Of a stretch of DNA of 64,000 nt, positions 50,301 to 64,000 are shown in pieces. A model generated the notes under the pieces. That model ran no database searches, had not been told where the DNA came from, and saw only the letters and a program-made list of their open reading frames with translations. The first letter of the stretch is position 1, and each line of letters begins with the position of its first letter. Position numbers and translations under genes: made by a program. Source of the DNA: Mobula hypostoma (Eukaryota). The stretch covers positions 66,590,001-66,654,000 of the forward strand of contig NC_086108.1 of assembly GCF_963921235.1 (NCBI RefSeq), in the 5' to 3' direction.

Positions 50301-50424
50301 TACAGGAGTTAAGATTATGATGAAAGTGCTTTGACAAATCATGAGCCGTATTTAAAAAAAACTTAAATGGAGGAAAAATAAATTATTTATGTAAACATTA
50401 TACTGTTCTCTGAAAGTAGTTTAA

Positions 50425-51000
50425 GGACTGGGCTGCTTTGCCGAGCACCTTTGCTCCATTTACCACAAAAGGTGGGCTTCCCTCGTGGCCACCCATTTAA
50501 TTCTACTTCACATTCTCATTCCAACATATTGGTCCTTTGCCTCCTCTACTACCATGATGAGGCCACTCCAGGTTGGAGGAGCAAAGCCGCATATTCCGTC
50601 CGGGTACCTCCAGCCTGATGGCCATGAACGTTGATTTCTGTAACTTCTGGTCATCTCTCCCCTCTCCCCCTCTTTTCTTTTTCCATTACCCATTCTTACT
50701 CCCTTCATATCCCTTCTCTTCTCACCTGTCCATCACTCCCCCAGGTGCCTTCTCCTCTTTTCATTTCTCCCATAGTTCACTCTCTGTCAGATTCCTTCCT
50801 CTTCCACTTATCATGTTCCAGCTTCTCACTTCAACCCTCTTTCACACCCTCCCACTTTCCCCCTGACCTGTTTTCATCTACTACTTGCCAGCTTGTACTC
50901 CTTCCTCTCCCCCCACCATATTTTAGCTTATTCCTTCTTTCGTATTAGTCCTGATGAAGGGTCCTGGCTTGAAAAGTCAAAATGTTTATTCTTCTCCAGA
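50425..51000 (+). mobile_element. Penelope-like element 3' part
   Basis: FAEHLCSI...VATHLILL...EEQSRIFRPGTS, followed by the gtcctgatgaagggtcc tail. Confidence 0.8.
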
Positions 51001-51002
51001 GG

Positions 51003-52620
51003 TCAAGTTCAAGTTCAGTTTATTGTTATTCAACCGTATACACATATACCGCCAAGTGAAACAACGTACCTCCGGACCAAGATGAACAACATAGTTCATA
51101 TAACTGACACACATAACACACAAAGTAATATTACCACTACTAAAGTAACAAATGATAAGGTGCATTTATGACTTAAAAATTAAACAGTATAATGCTACTG
51201 GCGCTCCATGCATGAAGAGACCTGGGTAGTGGCAGGGGGTTCATTTGTCTTATAGCCTGGAGGAAGAAGCTGTTTCCAATTCTAATAGCTCTTGTCCTAG
51301 TGCCAGGGTACCTGCTGCCTGATGTTAGGGGGATCATAGATTGTCGGACGGATGGCAGGGAGCACTGACAACGCTAAGGGCCCTGCGAGTGCAGTGTTCC
51401 TGATAAATATCTCTGATGGGTGGAAGAGAAACCCCGATGATCCTCTCAGCATTCCTTGCAATATTTTTTAGGGGCTTGCAGTTAGATGCCTTGCAATTCC
51501 CATGCCAGATGGCGATGCAGCTGATCAGGACACCCTTAAAGGTTCTCCTGTATAAATCGGTTAGAATGATTGGGGGTGGGGGGCCTCAATCTCCTCAGGC
51601 GGGAGGAGAAGATGGCGGCCACTCTGGTGAATGATATCTGTTATCTGTCAAGTACGGTGCCGTGCACAATCCTGATTTGACGGAGACAGATGTGAGAGCA
51701 CAGAGGAACATCTGGTGAAACTTCTGAAATGCCTTTTTCGCTGCCGCTGCTACTGTGTGATCCAGAATCTCCGGAGGGGAAGGCCGCGAGTCCTCGGCTT
51801 TACTTGTTGCTCGGCAGCCGGGGCGGGGTCGAAGCGCTCGGCAGAGATGGTGCTTGGCACTTGGGCTGGTCGGAAGTTAAAAGTTTTTGGACAGACTCAG
51901 AGTCAGCTGTGGTCGGGTGCTTCCTGGTGCTGCATCCGCAAGTTTGCGGTGCTGGAGGTTCATGGCAGGGAGAGTTTCTCCCTATTACCGTCTGCGTGAG
52001 ATGATGGGGCTATCGGGACTTGAGACTTTTTTTACGGTGCCCATGGTCTGCTCTTTATCAAATTACGGTATTGCTTTGCACTGTTGTAACTATATGTTAT
52101 AATTATGTGGTTTTGTCAGTTTAGTCTTGGTTTGTCCTGCGTTTCTGTGATATCTTTCTAGAGGAACATTGTATCATTTTTTAATGCATGCATTTCTAAA
52201 TGACAATAAACGAGGACTGAGTGTCCTTATAATCTAAAAAAAACCGTGGAAATGCTGCTGTGCTTTAATAACCCAGAGGTGGTGTTGAGGGAACAGGTGA
52301 GATTGGAGATTGCCTGTTATGTGCACTCTTTCCACATAGCCATGTATGTGCAGTGAGGAGTCATCAGCCTGCAGCTTACTAAAGTCCACAGTCATCTCTT
52401 TGGTCTTGTCCACATTAAGACTCAAGTTATTGTTCTTGCAGCATTTTACCACCCACTCTATCTCCTCTCTGTACTGTCTCGTAATTGTTGTTTGTGAGGC
52501 CAACACCTGTTGTGACATCAGAAAACTTGATGATTCAGTTTGAACTGGATCTAGCAATGCAGTCAAGCATCAGCAGTGGGCAGAGTATGCAGCCTGGGGA
52601 GCGCTGGTGCTCAGTGTGAC
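51003..52620 (-). mobile_element. Rex-type LINE 3' portion with nested element
   Basis: Tail tcaagttcaagttcag. YREEIEWVVKCCKNNNLSLNVDKTKEMTVDF. Confidence 0.8.
51601..52236 (+). mobile_element. Non-autonomous LINE-tailed element with 5' AAGATGGCGGCC
   Basis: CpG-rich, starts gggaggagaagatggcggcc, ends tgacaataaacgaggactgagtgtccttataatctaa. Inserted within the Rex ORF2. Confidence 0.7.
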
Positions 52621-54149
52621 AGAGTGGAGGAGGCTGCAGGATACAAGAAAATTAGTGGGTGGGGGGGGCGGGTTGAGAGCGAAGGGTAAGAGCTGTGGGA
52701 GATGTGGGGTAACTATGGGGCTGGAAGAAGATCATGGTATTATGGAAGGCCTTGGGGTATAAGGAGAGAGAAAGAGGAGAGTGGGGAAGATAATTGAGTA
52801 CGGGGTGGATATTGGGAATGGTCACTATAAAGATGAACAAGTGTTGCTAAATATGATTGGCTGGGGAGTTGTGGTAAGGGCACTGGCTGGAAGGTGGTTC
52901 AATACAGGAAAATGAAGGTGAGTGAAGAAATGGGATGCTAAGATGCACTGCCTGGGAGATGCTGAGGATTGGGAATAATGAAGAGTATTTCAAGGAAGAA
53001 CCTACCTATAGGAGCCTAACTGCTTTGGACGCCCCAGTAGCAGCCCAGTTATGATAAAGCCCTTCATATCTAACAAGGCCTCAACCTTCCACCTATGAAT
53101 TGCTTCAGTGTTACAGGCCAACGTTGTTCCTCAAGACTTGTTTCTGAGCTAGAATTGCTAATATGGTACAAAAATCTGATTTGCAGTTGGTTAGAAATCA
53201 ACAGAGACCGCTTTCTTTGAGGTCAGCAATGATAGCCATTGTCTCCCCACTGACTGCAAAATCCAAGTCAAAAGAAGTCCAATAAATAATTACACAGCTG
53301 TGGTATCTGAGGTTCCACTGAAACTATTTTCAAACCTTGGTGATCCTTAATCTCTGACATAGGAAGGGAAGGACAATGGTAAATAAAAAATACTGAGTGC
53401 TGGTAAGCTTAAGAAGCCAATGCTCCTGCAATTTGGTTCTGGATTTCTACCACTCCTCCAAATGTTTGGAACAAGCCCCAGGTGTGCAATTGTATCGTCT
53501 GTATCATTAAAATATAATTTGTCTGGGAAGGAATCAAAAACAAATAAATCATTCACAAAAAAAAAGAAAGCAAGTAATTTGTCCACGGAAGTGGAAAATA
53601 GTAGCAGTGCAAAAGTCCACTTAGTCATAATGAAAGGAGTTAGACATTCTGTGCCAAGAAACAAGCCTGAAATACTCAAACTACTTCATTGCATTAACTT
53701 TCAAACATTATAAATGCTGACAGACTGAGTTGAGCATTCTCCATATATTAATTTAATTATACAGTTTTGGAATATTTTATCTCAATCTTAAAGGGAGGGG
53801 GGTGGATTTTAACTGTGTCTTGGCTGACTGAAAGACAACTAGGATGTTTACCTGTTACTATCCTGCTCCCTTCAATTTTAATTCTTTGCCAAAGGGCTAA
53901 TGGTTCTTTATTAAAGGTGTAAATTAGCCGCTGGTGACACCTTTGAGCCTGAGCAACCTTTCAGATTTAAGCAGGAATTCCAGCCAGCTCTAGGAAGTAA
54001 CAGTCTAAACCCTCCTACTTACACACATTTCCGTTCCTTGTGAAGCCGTGATTCACCAGCAATATTTACAGCCTTTTGAGCAGGGCATCTTCCATGCTCG
54101 GACCCTCTTTAAATCCACTCTTTTAGCTTACATGAGGTCAGATAACTTT

Positions 54150-55118
54150 CCTGAAGACGTAAGCCTAACATCAGTGGTAGGGAAGATTACTGGAAAATTT
54201 GTGGGAAAGGGTTATTGATCACTGAGAAAGGCAGAGACTTATCAGAGACAGCTAACTTGGTTTTATCAAGGAGAGACCCTGTCTGACCGATTTGTTGAAT
54301 TCTTTGAAAAGATAACAATGTGTATCGACGAAGACGGGGCAGTAGTTGTGGTTTAGGTGAATTTTTGTAGGACCATTGACAGGATCCCAGGTGGGAGTAT
54401 GCTTCTAATGGTCAGGATGCATGGGATCCAGGGCAAATTGACAAACTGGATCCAAAATTGGCTTGGAAATAGGAGACAAAAGTGAATGTAGACAGTTGGC
54501 TTCGCAATTGTGTGCCTATGACTTTAGTGTTTCAAAACAATCAGTGCTGGAACCCTTGCTGTTTGCAATATATGTGAATGTCCTGGGTTGGAGGTATGAT
54601 CAATAAGATCATGGATGACATTAAGATTAACAGACTTGATAGTGTGCAAGGTAGTTGTAAATGGTGGAAAGATATCAATCTGATAGTGGAAAAGGTCAGA
54701 TAGAATTTAAAGAAGACAAATGTGAGGTGATGTATTTGAAAGCTCTAATTAGCCAGGACATACTGTATAAATGGTAGGGTTTTAGACATTACTGAAGAAT
54801 AAGGGGATTTTGGAGTAGATCATTGAAAGTAGCAACACAGGTAGATAATGTTGTTGGAGAAGCATGAGGGATACTGGTCTTCATTAGTCAAGGCATAATA
54901 TTCAGATATAGGAAGGCTATACGCCAACATTAAAACATCGGTCAGACCTCAGCTGGAGTATTTTATGCAGTTCTCTTCAATAGAAAGAGGTGCAAAGGAA
55001 AAGGGAGATTGACCAGGATATTGCCTAGGATGTAGTAGTTCAGTTACGAGAATAGACAGGAAAAGCTTGATCTGTTCTCACTGGAATGGAGAAGGTTCAT
55101 AAGGGACATGATTGTGTA
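54150..55118 (+). mobile_element. Old CR1 RT fragment
   Basis: SLTSVVGK, CLTDLLNSL, QSVLEPLLFAIYVN and RPQLEY relics. Confidence 0.75.
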
Positions 55119-55124
55119 AGTAAG

Positions 55125-56910
55125 TTATCTCTCAAGTCTCTTTTCAAACTCTCCTCGGTTACTTAGTATCTGTACCCCCTAGGTTTGGACTCCACAACCT
55201 GAGGGAAATGATTATGATTGTCCACTATCTCCATACTAATTATTTTATAAAACTCAGTGAGGACACCCCTCATTCTCCTGCACTCCAAGTAACCAAGATC
55301 CAGCATAGCCAACCTTTCTCTATAACTAAGACTCTCTCGTCAAAACAGTGTTCTTGTAAATCTTTCCTGCACCATCTCCAACTTGACAATGTCTTTGCTA
55401 TAACAGGGTGACAAAATCTGTACACAATACTCCAAGTGTGGCCTCAGCAATGAATTTTATAACTGCAACGTAATGTCCCTATTCCTAAACTTGATGTCCT
55501 GAGTGATGACGGCTAGCACACTAAATACCTTTTTCACTACCTTGTCAACTTGGGCAGCTGTTTTCAGTGAACTGTGCACTTGTACTCCCAGGTCCCTCTG
55601 TTCCATGGCCTCATCTCTGCCCTGCCATTCACTGTACAAATGCTTCATTGGTTTGACTGTCTGAAATGCATTACCTCACACTTATCTAAGTAGAAATCTC
55701 TTTGCCAATCCTCAGCCCAACTTCCTAACTGATCAAGATCTTTTTGTAATTCATTGTAACCTGCTTCACTATGAACAAGAACCTCCTATTTAGTATCATC
55801 AACAAACGTGCTAGTCGTGCTATCTACATTCACATCCATATAATTTACATAAATAATGAAACTGGCCACTTGGGGCAACCACTAGTCACAGGCTTCCAGT
55901 CAGATAATCCATCTCAACCATCACTCTCTGCTTCCTATCATTGAGCCAATTCTGAATCCACCTTGCTAGCTCCCCCAAATCTTATGTGACCTAATCTTCC
56001 AGATCAACCTGCCATGTGGGAACTTGTCACAGGCCTTATTAAAGTCCATATTGACAATATCCACATTCTATTTTTGTTTATATCTCCTTAGATACCTCTT
56101 CAAAAAAAACTCCGAAAGTTTTGTCAGACATGACCTCCCGTGGTGGTGGATCTTATCCCTCAGAATTCACAGCAGTAGCTTCCCTACAACTGAAGTCGGT
56201 CTCATTGGCCTATCCTTGCTTCCCTTCTTGAACGATGGAACAATATTAGCCTCCCTCCAAGCTTTTGGATCTTTGCCAATGGCTAAAGCTGAAGCCAATA
56301 TCTCTGCAAAGGTCTCTACAGCTCTTCCCTGGTGTCTCATAAGGTCTGGGGATGTACTTGGTCAGGCTCTGGGAATATGCCAGGTTAATAAGCTTCAAGG
56401 TTGCAAATACCTCTTTCCTCATAATGTGCATATGATCCAAGACATCATAACATATCACGCTCACTTTTTGGCACCCTTCACAAACATCAGCAGAGATAGT
56501 TGACATTAAAAATATCAGCTATCTCCTTCGACTCCACGCATAGGCAGCCCTGATGGTCTTTAAGAAAATCTCTCCCTTGTCATCCTTTTACTGTTAATAT
56601 ATGTAATTGAGAAACCCCTTGGGATTATCTTTAACCCTGTCTGCCAAATCCATCTAATTTTTCTCTTAATCCTGCCGTTACTTTTTTAAAATATTCATCA
56701 AGAGAGTCGTTCTTCTTTCTCCTAGTGATCATCCATCTATCTGAAGCCTGTCTCTTGAGTGTGTCCACCTCAGTAAGTCTTATTTTTGTAGCCATTAGTT
56801 TTACGGATGATCTAGATGACCCTCCAGATCTAGCCCATGAGGAACATTACCCAGTTTATAATTTTGCCCTTAATATAGTTATAAAATGACTTCAGATCTA
56901 CTTTTATCAG
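55125..56910 (-). mobile_element. Old CR1 ORF2 fragment
   Basis: EQRDLGVQVHSSLKTAAQVDKVVKK, DFNKACDKFPHGRL and KSFYNYIKGK. Confidence 0.8.
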
Positions 56911-58369
56911 GTCCACAAGTGATATTCCTTGACCTCTCTGCCTTCCTGATTTCTTGTACCAGGACTCGTGTATTAATGAGATGGAGTGGGCACAGTTACA
57001 AAGTTGAAGCTGGTCAGAGTGTTTGCTGGTGCTCATCTCCCTGGTTTACACATGATGATCTGGCATTAGATACAAGACCTGATATGATCACCGATTAGTA
57101 TTTGGAGGAAACTGGGAAACATTTTGGAAAATATTAAATAAAAATCAAATATTGCCTTGCATCAGAAATGTATAATACGATTTAGCCAGAAATGAACTTC
57201 CAAAAGAATTTACACTTTAGTCATAGATTTGTCACATTTCCAAAAAGAATATAAGGATAAATGTTATTGGGTGTGATTTTCTTCCAGAACATCAAAATTA
57301 AATTGCATACCACTGCTGAAATGCAACAGTTCCTTTGCCAGTGAATCAACATACACCTCACAAAACAAACCATGCTGATTTTATGGTATTGAACCCTCTG
57401 AACCAAGTCCCACCTGTTAGTGTGTGCAGGCTACAGACAATGGAAGGCTTACTGACAGATTTTGTACTGCAGCACAATTAACTGGAGATTGCAAAATCCA
57501 AATGAAAGAACAGTTTTAAAGGATACCATCAGCTCAGCATAAAAGAGGAAACTACCTAGTTGTATGGCCATGTCAGAAATAAACGAGCATATTTGATGCT
57601 GAGCAGATGGAGCCTTACTGTTGGAGTTACTCCAAAAGATATAGATCAATGTTCCCTCTAAGATGAGTGCATACACATCATTTGCTACTAGCGCACAAAG
57701 GAATTTAAACTGCACACAAAAGGTTGTCACCCTCTACCTCATTGGCATGTTAAGTATATTTCACAATTGTACACAATCATATTTCCATTTCCCATTTCTG
57801 ATGCAGACAGTGTTGACAACATGGAATTTGCAATGATTTATCTGCTGATTTTAGAACTGGCTTATTTATATTGTTTAGTTGAAGAAATTATTGAAACACT
57901 ATGTCCAATGAAGCAAATGGTGTGAAGTGCAAAAGAACTGCTAGTTCATTTAAAGCAGAAAGGCTTTAACAGTTGAAACTGCTACACTGAAAACTCATAA
58001 GGTCAGGAACGTGCAGCTATGAAAAATATTTATGTACAATACAGAAACTGGTGATACCTACGTGCATGTGTGCATGTGTTGTCGTCACTGGGCAAAAATT
58101 GCACAGCACTAGATTTTTGTACTCATTGGCCATTTAGAGGGAACATTGACCCAGATCCTTTCATTCTGGCTGCAAGAATAGAAAAACTTTGCTAATATCA
58201 AAAAGAAAACAATGCCAACTTCAATTTTACTCATATTTCTTGTTGGGGAGACATCAGCCAAGGTCAGCCCTTAGCTCAGAATGGCTGGACTCCAGGGGTC
58301 TAGAAAATCCCTCATAAAGCTCTTTCCTTTCAAGAAAATGCAATCTCTAAGCAGGTTCTGAACTTCATG

Positions 58370-60120
58370 AGCTAAAATCAACATTCCCAGGCAAAAGACC
58401 AGATCAGAGACATTCAGCTCTGGCGACCAAGAAAACTACAAAAGGTCTAGATACAATCTTTGGAAAGCCATCTCACGGAAGAGGCAATTCTGGACTAACT
58501 TGAAACAGTGAAGGATGCTCGACAGCTGTGGCAGAGTTTGAATGCTATTGTCTCTTACAAAGTGAAATAAAAGACATAGGTGGCAACCGGGCTTCACTCC
58601 CAGATGAGATCAATGCCTTCTATGCTCGCTTTGACCATCAAAACATGGGGGAACCATCATGAACTCCCACGGTTCCTGAGAACCCTGTGATTTCAGTTGC
58701 TGAGGCCAAACTGAAAGTGTCCTTCAGGAAAGTGAACCCACGGAAAGCATCCAGCCCAAATGGGGTACGTGGCTGAGTACCAAAGACCTGTGCTGATCAA
58801 CTAGCTGGAGTATTCACCGATATCTTTAACCTCTCACTTCAGTAGTCTGAGGTACCCAGCTGCTTCAATTATACCCGTGCTTGAGAAGAAAAGACTGTAC
58901 ACTTTTCCATAGATGCTACCTGGCCTACTGAATTCCTCCAGCAGTTTGTGTGTGTTGCTTGGATTTCCAGCATCTGCAGATTTTCTCTTCTTGGTAACCT
59001 GCCTTAATGACTATTGATCAATGTGATGAAGTGCTTAGAGAGGTCGGTGATGAAATATATCAACTTCCCCCTGAGAAATTATTTGCATATGCACCAATTT
59101 GCCTACCAGCAAAATAGGTTCACAGCAGACTGGCTCTTCACTCAACCCTGGAATATATGGGCAGCAAAGATGCATACATTAGGATGCTCTTTACCAACTG
59201 CAGCTTGGCATGCAATACTATCATCCCCTCAAAACTAAGCAACAAGCTTCAGGACCTTGGTCTCCATTCCCCTTTATGCAATTGGGTCCTCATTTTCCTC
59301 ACTTGCAGTATGTTTGGATTGGCAACAACATCTCACTCAATGTCAGCAAGACATGGGGCTGATTATTGACTTCAACAGGAGGTCCCTGCGCCAGTCCTCG
59401 TTGGGGGATCAGAGGTGGAGAGGGTCAGCAACTTTAAGTTCCTGGGTGTTATCATTTCAGAGGACCTGTCCTAGGCCCAGTACATAAGTGCCATTATGAA
59501 TAAAGCACAACAACACTTCAACTTTTCTTAGAAATTTGAGAAGATTCAGCATGTCATCCAAAACTTTGACAAACTTCTACAGATGTGTGGTGGAAAGTAT
59601 ATTGACTGCCTACATCATAGCCTGGTATGGAAACACCAATGCTCTCGACCATAATATCCTACAAAAATTAGTAGATATGGCCCAGTCCATCACATGTAAG
59701 GCCCTTCCAACCATTGAGCACATCTACACGGAGCGCTGTCACAGAAAAGCAGCACCCACCATGAAGGACCCTCACCGCCCAGGCCATGCTCTCTTCTCGC
59801 TGTTGTCATGAGGAAAAAGGTACAGAAGCCTCAGGACTCACACCACCAGGTTCAGGAACAGTTATTAGCCTACAACCATACTCATTTTTAAGGACTCTTC
59901 ACCTCATGTTCTCAATATTTATTGCTTATTTATTCATTGATAGTATTTCTTTATTCTTTTCTATTAAACTTTTTTTTTGGTCTTTTGCACATTAGTTATT
60001 AGTCTGCCCTGCTGGGTGTGGTCTTTGATTGACTCTATTGTGTTTCTTAAATTTACTGAGCATGTTCGCAAGCAAATGAATTTCAAGATTGTATATGATG
60101 ACATACATACACTTTGATAA
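58370..60120 (+). mobile_element. Rex1/Babar-type LINE with a nested Penelope terminal repeat (~58895-58995)
   Basis: LPDEINAFYARF, KTCADQLAGVFTDIFNLSL, DAYIRMLF and TLTNFYRCVVESILTAYIIAWYGN...HPGHALFSLL. Confidence 0.85.
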
Positions 60121-61529
60121 GACCATAAGAGCACAGAAGCAGAATTAGGCCATTTCCATCAAGTCTGCTCCGCAATTTCATTATGGCTGATCCAATTTTC
60201 CTCAGTCCCAATCTCCTGCTCTCTCCTGAAATAAATTTACTTTTTTCTTTGAAAATGATTAGAGGGTTGCCATGCATACATTGTCTTACTGCTGCCTTAT
60301 TGCTTAATCAGCTGCTTGAAGTGCAGAGCCTGATGTTCCAAACCATGACCAGGCAATATAAGACACCGTATTTGGTCATGGGGCCTTAGGCAATAAATCA
60401 GAACACTCAGGCTTTTGATAGTCTAGACCTCGAAATTTAATACCTATATAGAGGGAGCATATTATCCCAAAGCACATGGATTTTTAACAAAAAATATTGG
60501 ATTGAGATCTTATAATGACTGCTATGGTAAATGTGCTACCTAAAATGGAACTGAGTCTTTCACAGCATTATAAGGACCAGACTCAGTGGGCTGAATGCCC
60601 TAATTTTGCTCCTTTGTCTAATGGTATTATGGTCTTTTAACTTAACTATCTCAATGGGAACTAAAATTAGCCTAAGTCCTGCTTTTGATTATTATTCTAT
60701 GAAGTCTCCTGGAAAGTCACACAAGGGCTGGTTGATATGGAAGTGCTCACATGTGGTTACCTGGTCTCTTCTGATATACAACCAAATGGATGGTTGGTGC
60801 TTTCTAGGCTCAATAACATGGAGTTTCCTTTGGGATAAGAAACTGAAGACAGCCAAGAATGGGGAATGCCAAAATGAGCCAGCATCTATTCCAGAGAATA
60901 AGGGACAGACATTAAACTCGGGCAGAGGTGGGGGTGGAAATTAATGTAAAAGAGGCCTTGAAATGTTAAGTCCAAATACAGTAAAGCATGGATTCCTTTA
61001 AAGAAATTCAATGCAGTTTGACATGGGTCAATTGGGATTCAGTGTGCAGATCCAGCTCTCATCACTTTGTTTGACACAATTAGTCTAAGTAATAAAACTG
61101 CTGGGCTTGCATCCATAATAAACATAAAGAGGCATGCATCAGGAGTTTTTACGTATATCAGAGACTTACTTCCAAAGGTCAGTAAACCAATACCAGCCAT
61201 TACTAGAATCCAGATTCTGGGATGAGACCAAACACAACAAAGTTTTAAAGACTTCCCTGCCTTAGCGCCCATTCTTGTAAATGCACACCTTTGATGCATT
61301 ACTGCTATTCAATTTTCTATTTTGAACTTTCTGAAATATCTACAAAAATGGCTTGGATACATAAAGGATATCCTTTGTTTCCTTCAACATGAGGAGTTTT
61401 TCTTTCTTTGTATCTGTAACCCAATACTAATCATTTGCAGGCCATATTAGGGGTAGATAGAATCTAGAAGTTAATGACCATGTGGCAGATTTTAATGTTG
61501 AGCAGTACTGGAATATAGGCTACAGTCGT

Positions 61530-62155
61530 CTGTTCATGTCGAATCCCTATTGAAAGGGAAGTCACTTATATGATTCCCTGGTTTCCCATCCCGCCTTATA
61601 AATCCCTTCCAGTCCTCAGATATTTTTCTCTGAGCTGCAACATCCATCCCTACTCCTCTTCCCTGACCATCATTCAGGGACCGAATCAACCCTTCCAGGT
61701 GAGGCAGAGATTCACATGCATTGCTGCCAACCTTGTCAATTGCATTTGGTGTTCTCCATGTGGTGACCACTACATCAGTAAAACCTAGTACACACGAGTC
61801 GAACACCTGTGCTCTGCCCACGATGGTCATCTCAAGCCTCTGGTAGCAAGGCATTTTAATTCCCGTCCCCATTCCCACACTGATCTGTCTATCCTCACTT
61901 CTTCCATGACCAGGGTGAAGCCAAACAGACGAGGACAGCAACACCTCGTATTCTGCAATCCAAGGGCATGACCACTGAGTTTTCCAATTTCAGGTAACCT
62001 GCAGCCCTTCTGTTCCATTTTCTCTTCTTCTGATCCATCCAGATCCTCTCACACATATTTTCCTTCACTAGTTCCCTCTCCTCAGCAGCCCTGTAATGCA
62101 GTTTATTTTCCCTCTCCCACATAGTTCCATCTGCCTGTCACTCAATCCATTGAGT
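61530..62155 (+). mobile_element. Penelope-like GIY-YIG fragment
   Basis: TIIQGPNQPFQVRQRFTCIAANLVNCIWCSPCGDHYISKT. Confidence 0.8.
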
Positions 62156-62157
62156 CT

Positions 62158-64000
62158 CCATAGAACCACAGAAACATAGAACATTACAGCACAAAAACAG
62201 GCCATTTGGCCCTTCTTGGTTGTGCCAAACCATTTTTCTGCCTAGTCCCACTGACCTGCACCATATCCCTCCATACACCTCTCATCCATGTACCTGTCCA
62301 AGTTTTTCTTAAATGTTAAAAGTGAGCCCGCATTTACCACTTCATCTGGCAGCTCATTCCAACTCCCACCACTCTCTGTGTGAAGAAGCTCCCCGCTAAT
62401 GTTCCCTTTAAACTTTTCCCCCTTCACCCTTAACCCATGTCCTCTGTTTTTTTTCCTTCCCTAGCCTCAGTGGAAAAAGCCTACTTGCATTCACTCTATC
62501 TATACCCATCGTAATTTTATATACTATCAAATCTCCCCTCATTCTTCTACGCTCCAGGGAATAAAGTCCTAACCTATTCAACCTTTCTCTGTAACTCAGT
62601 TTCTCAAGTCCCCGCAACATCCTTGTAAACCTTCTCTGCACTCTTTCAACCTTATTAATATCCTTCCTGTAATTTGGTGACCAAAACTGTACACAATATT
62701 CCAAATTCAGCCTCACCAATGCCTTATACAACCTCACCATAAAATTCCAACTCTTATACTCAATACTTTGATTTTTAAAGGCCAATGTATCAAACGCTCT
62801 CTTTATGACCCTATCTACCTGTGATGCCACTTTTAGGGAATTTTGTATCTGTATTTCCAGATCCCTCTGTTCTACTCACTCCTCAGTGCCCTACCATATA
62901 CCTTGTACATTCTACCTTGGCTTGTCCTTCCAAAGTGCAATACCTCACACTTGTCTGTATTAAACTCCATCTGCCATTTTTCAGCCCATTTTTCCAGCTG
63001 GTCCAAATCCCTCTGCAAGCTTTGAAAACCTTCCTCTCTGTCCACTACACCTCCAATCTTTGTATCATCAGCAAATTTGCTGATCCAATTTACCACATTA
63101 TCATCCAGATCATTGATATAGATGACAAATAACAACGGACCCAGCACTGATCCCTGTGGCACACCACTAGTCACAGGCCTCCACTCAGAGAAGCAATCCT
63201 CCTCTACCACTCTCTGGCTTCTTCCATTGAGCCAATGTCTAATCCAATTTACTACCTCTTCATGTATACCTAGCGACTGAATCTTCCTAACTAACCTCGC
63301 GTGCGGGACCTTGTCAAAGGCCTTACTGAAGTCCATGTAGACAACATCCACTGCCTTCCCTTCATCCATTTTCCTGGTAACCTCCTGGAAAAACTCTAAT
63401 AGATTAGTTAAACATGACCTACCATGCACAAAGCCATGTTGACTCTCCCTAATAAGTCCCTGTCTATCCAAGTACTTGTAGATCCTATTTCTTAGTACTC
63501 CTTCCAATAATTTACCTACCACCAATGTCAAACTTACCAGCCTGTAATTTCCCGGATTACTTTTAGAGCCTTTTTAAAATTACGGAAAAACATCTGCTAT
63601 CCTCCAATCCTCCGGCACCTCACCTGTAGATACCGACATTTTAAATATATCTGCCAGGGCCCCTGTAATTTCAATACTAGTCTCCTTCGAGGTCCGAGGG
63701 AACACCCTGTCAGGTCCTGGGGATTTATCTACTCTGATTTGCATCAAGATAGCAAGCACTTGCTCCTTCTCAATCTGTATAGGTTCCATGACCTCACTAC
63801 TTGTTTTATTTTGCCTTATTTCCATTGACTCCTTGCTAGTTTCCTTAGTCAATACAGGTGTAAAAAACCCATTTAAGATCTCCCCCATTTTTCTTGGTTC
63901 CATACATAGCCAACCACTCTGATCTTCAAGAGGACCAATTTTATCCCTTACTATCCTTTTACTCTTAATATACCTATAGAAACTCTTTGGATTATCCTTC
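62158..64000 (-). mobile_element. CR1 LINE ORF2 (RT), running off the window end
   Basis: DKSPGPD, YMDFSKAFDKVPH, GVPQGSVLGP, KFADDTK and LEYCVQFWSP, with tail catagaaccacagaaacatagaa. Confidence 0.95.

Noticed and set aside
53347..53713. Overlapping ORFs with acceptor ttccttcccag|
   Set aside because: The phase compatible with Tiki stops after four codons, and no family is recognised in the other frames.

Overview
Repeat-rich vertebrate genomic DNA, not prokaryotic. The mix of CR1, Rex/Babar, Penelope-like, V-SINE, Tc1 and HERO-type repeats suggests a cartilaginous fish such as a ray (inference). The only host gene I recognise is the 3' end of the Tiki Wnt-inactivating metalloprotease gene, most likely TRABD2A/Tiki1, on the minus strand. 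Its penultimate coding exon is 44581-44850 and its last coding exon is 26389-26578, which ends in a GPI-anchor-type signal; the upstream exons lie beyond 64000. The most notable accessory features are: (1) a Gypsy LTR element (~2094-8272) whose RT/RNaseH/most of integrase is replaced by an intronless fragment of host RBM25 mRNA; (2) a non-coding retroelement carrying a 36-bp VNTR nested inside that Gypsy; (3) a head-to-tail pair of HERO-like RLE retrotransposon pieces with a hammerhead-like structure at the junction; (4) Penelope-associated minimal hammerhead motifs; (5) several cryptic exon candidates that would change the Tiki C-terminus. Protein identifications come from my recall of family sequences, not from searches. 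Repeat boundaries are approximate.
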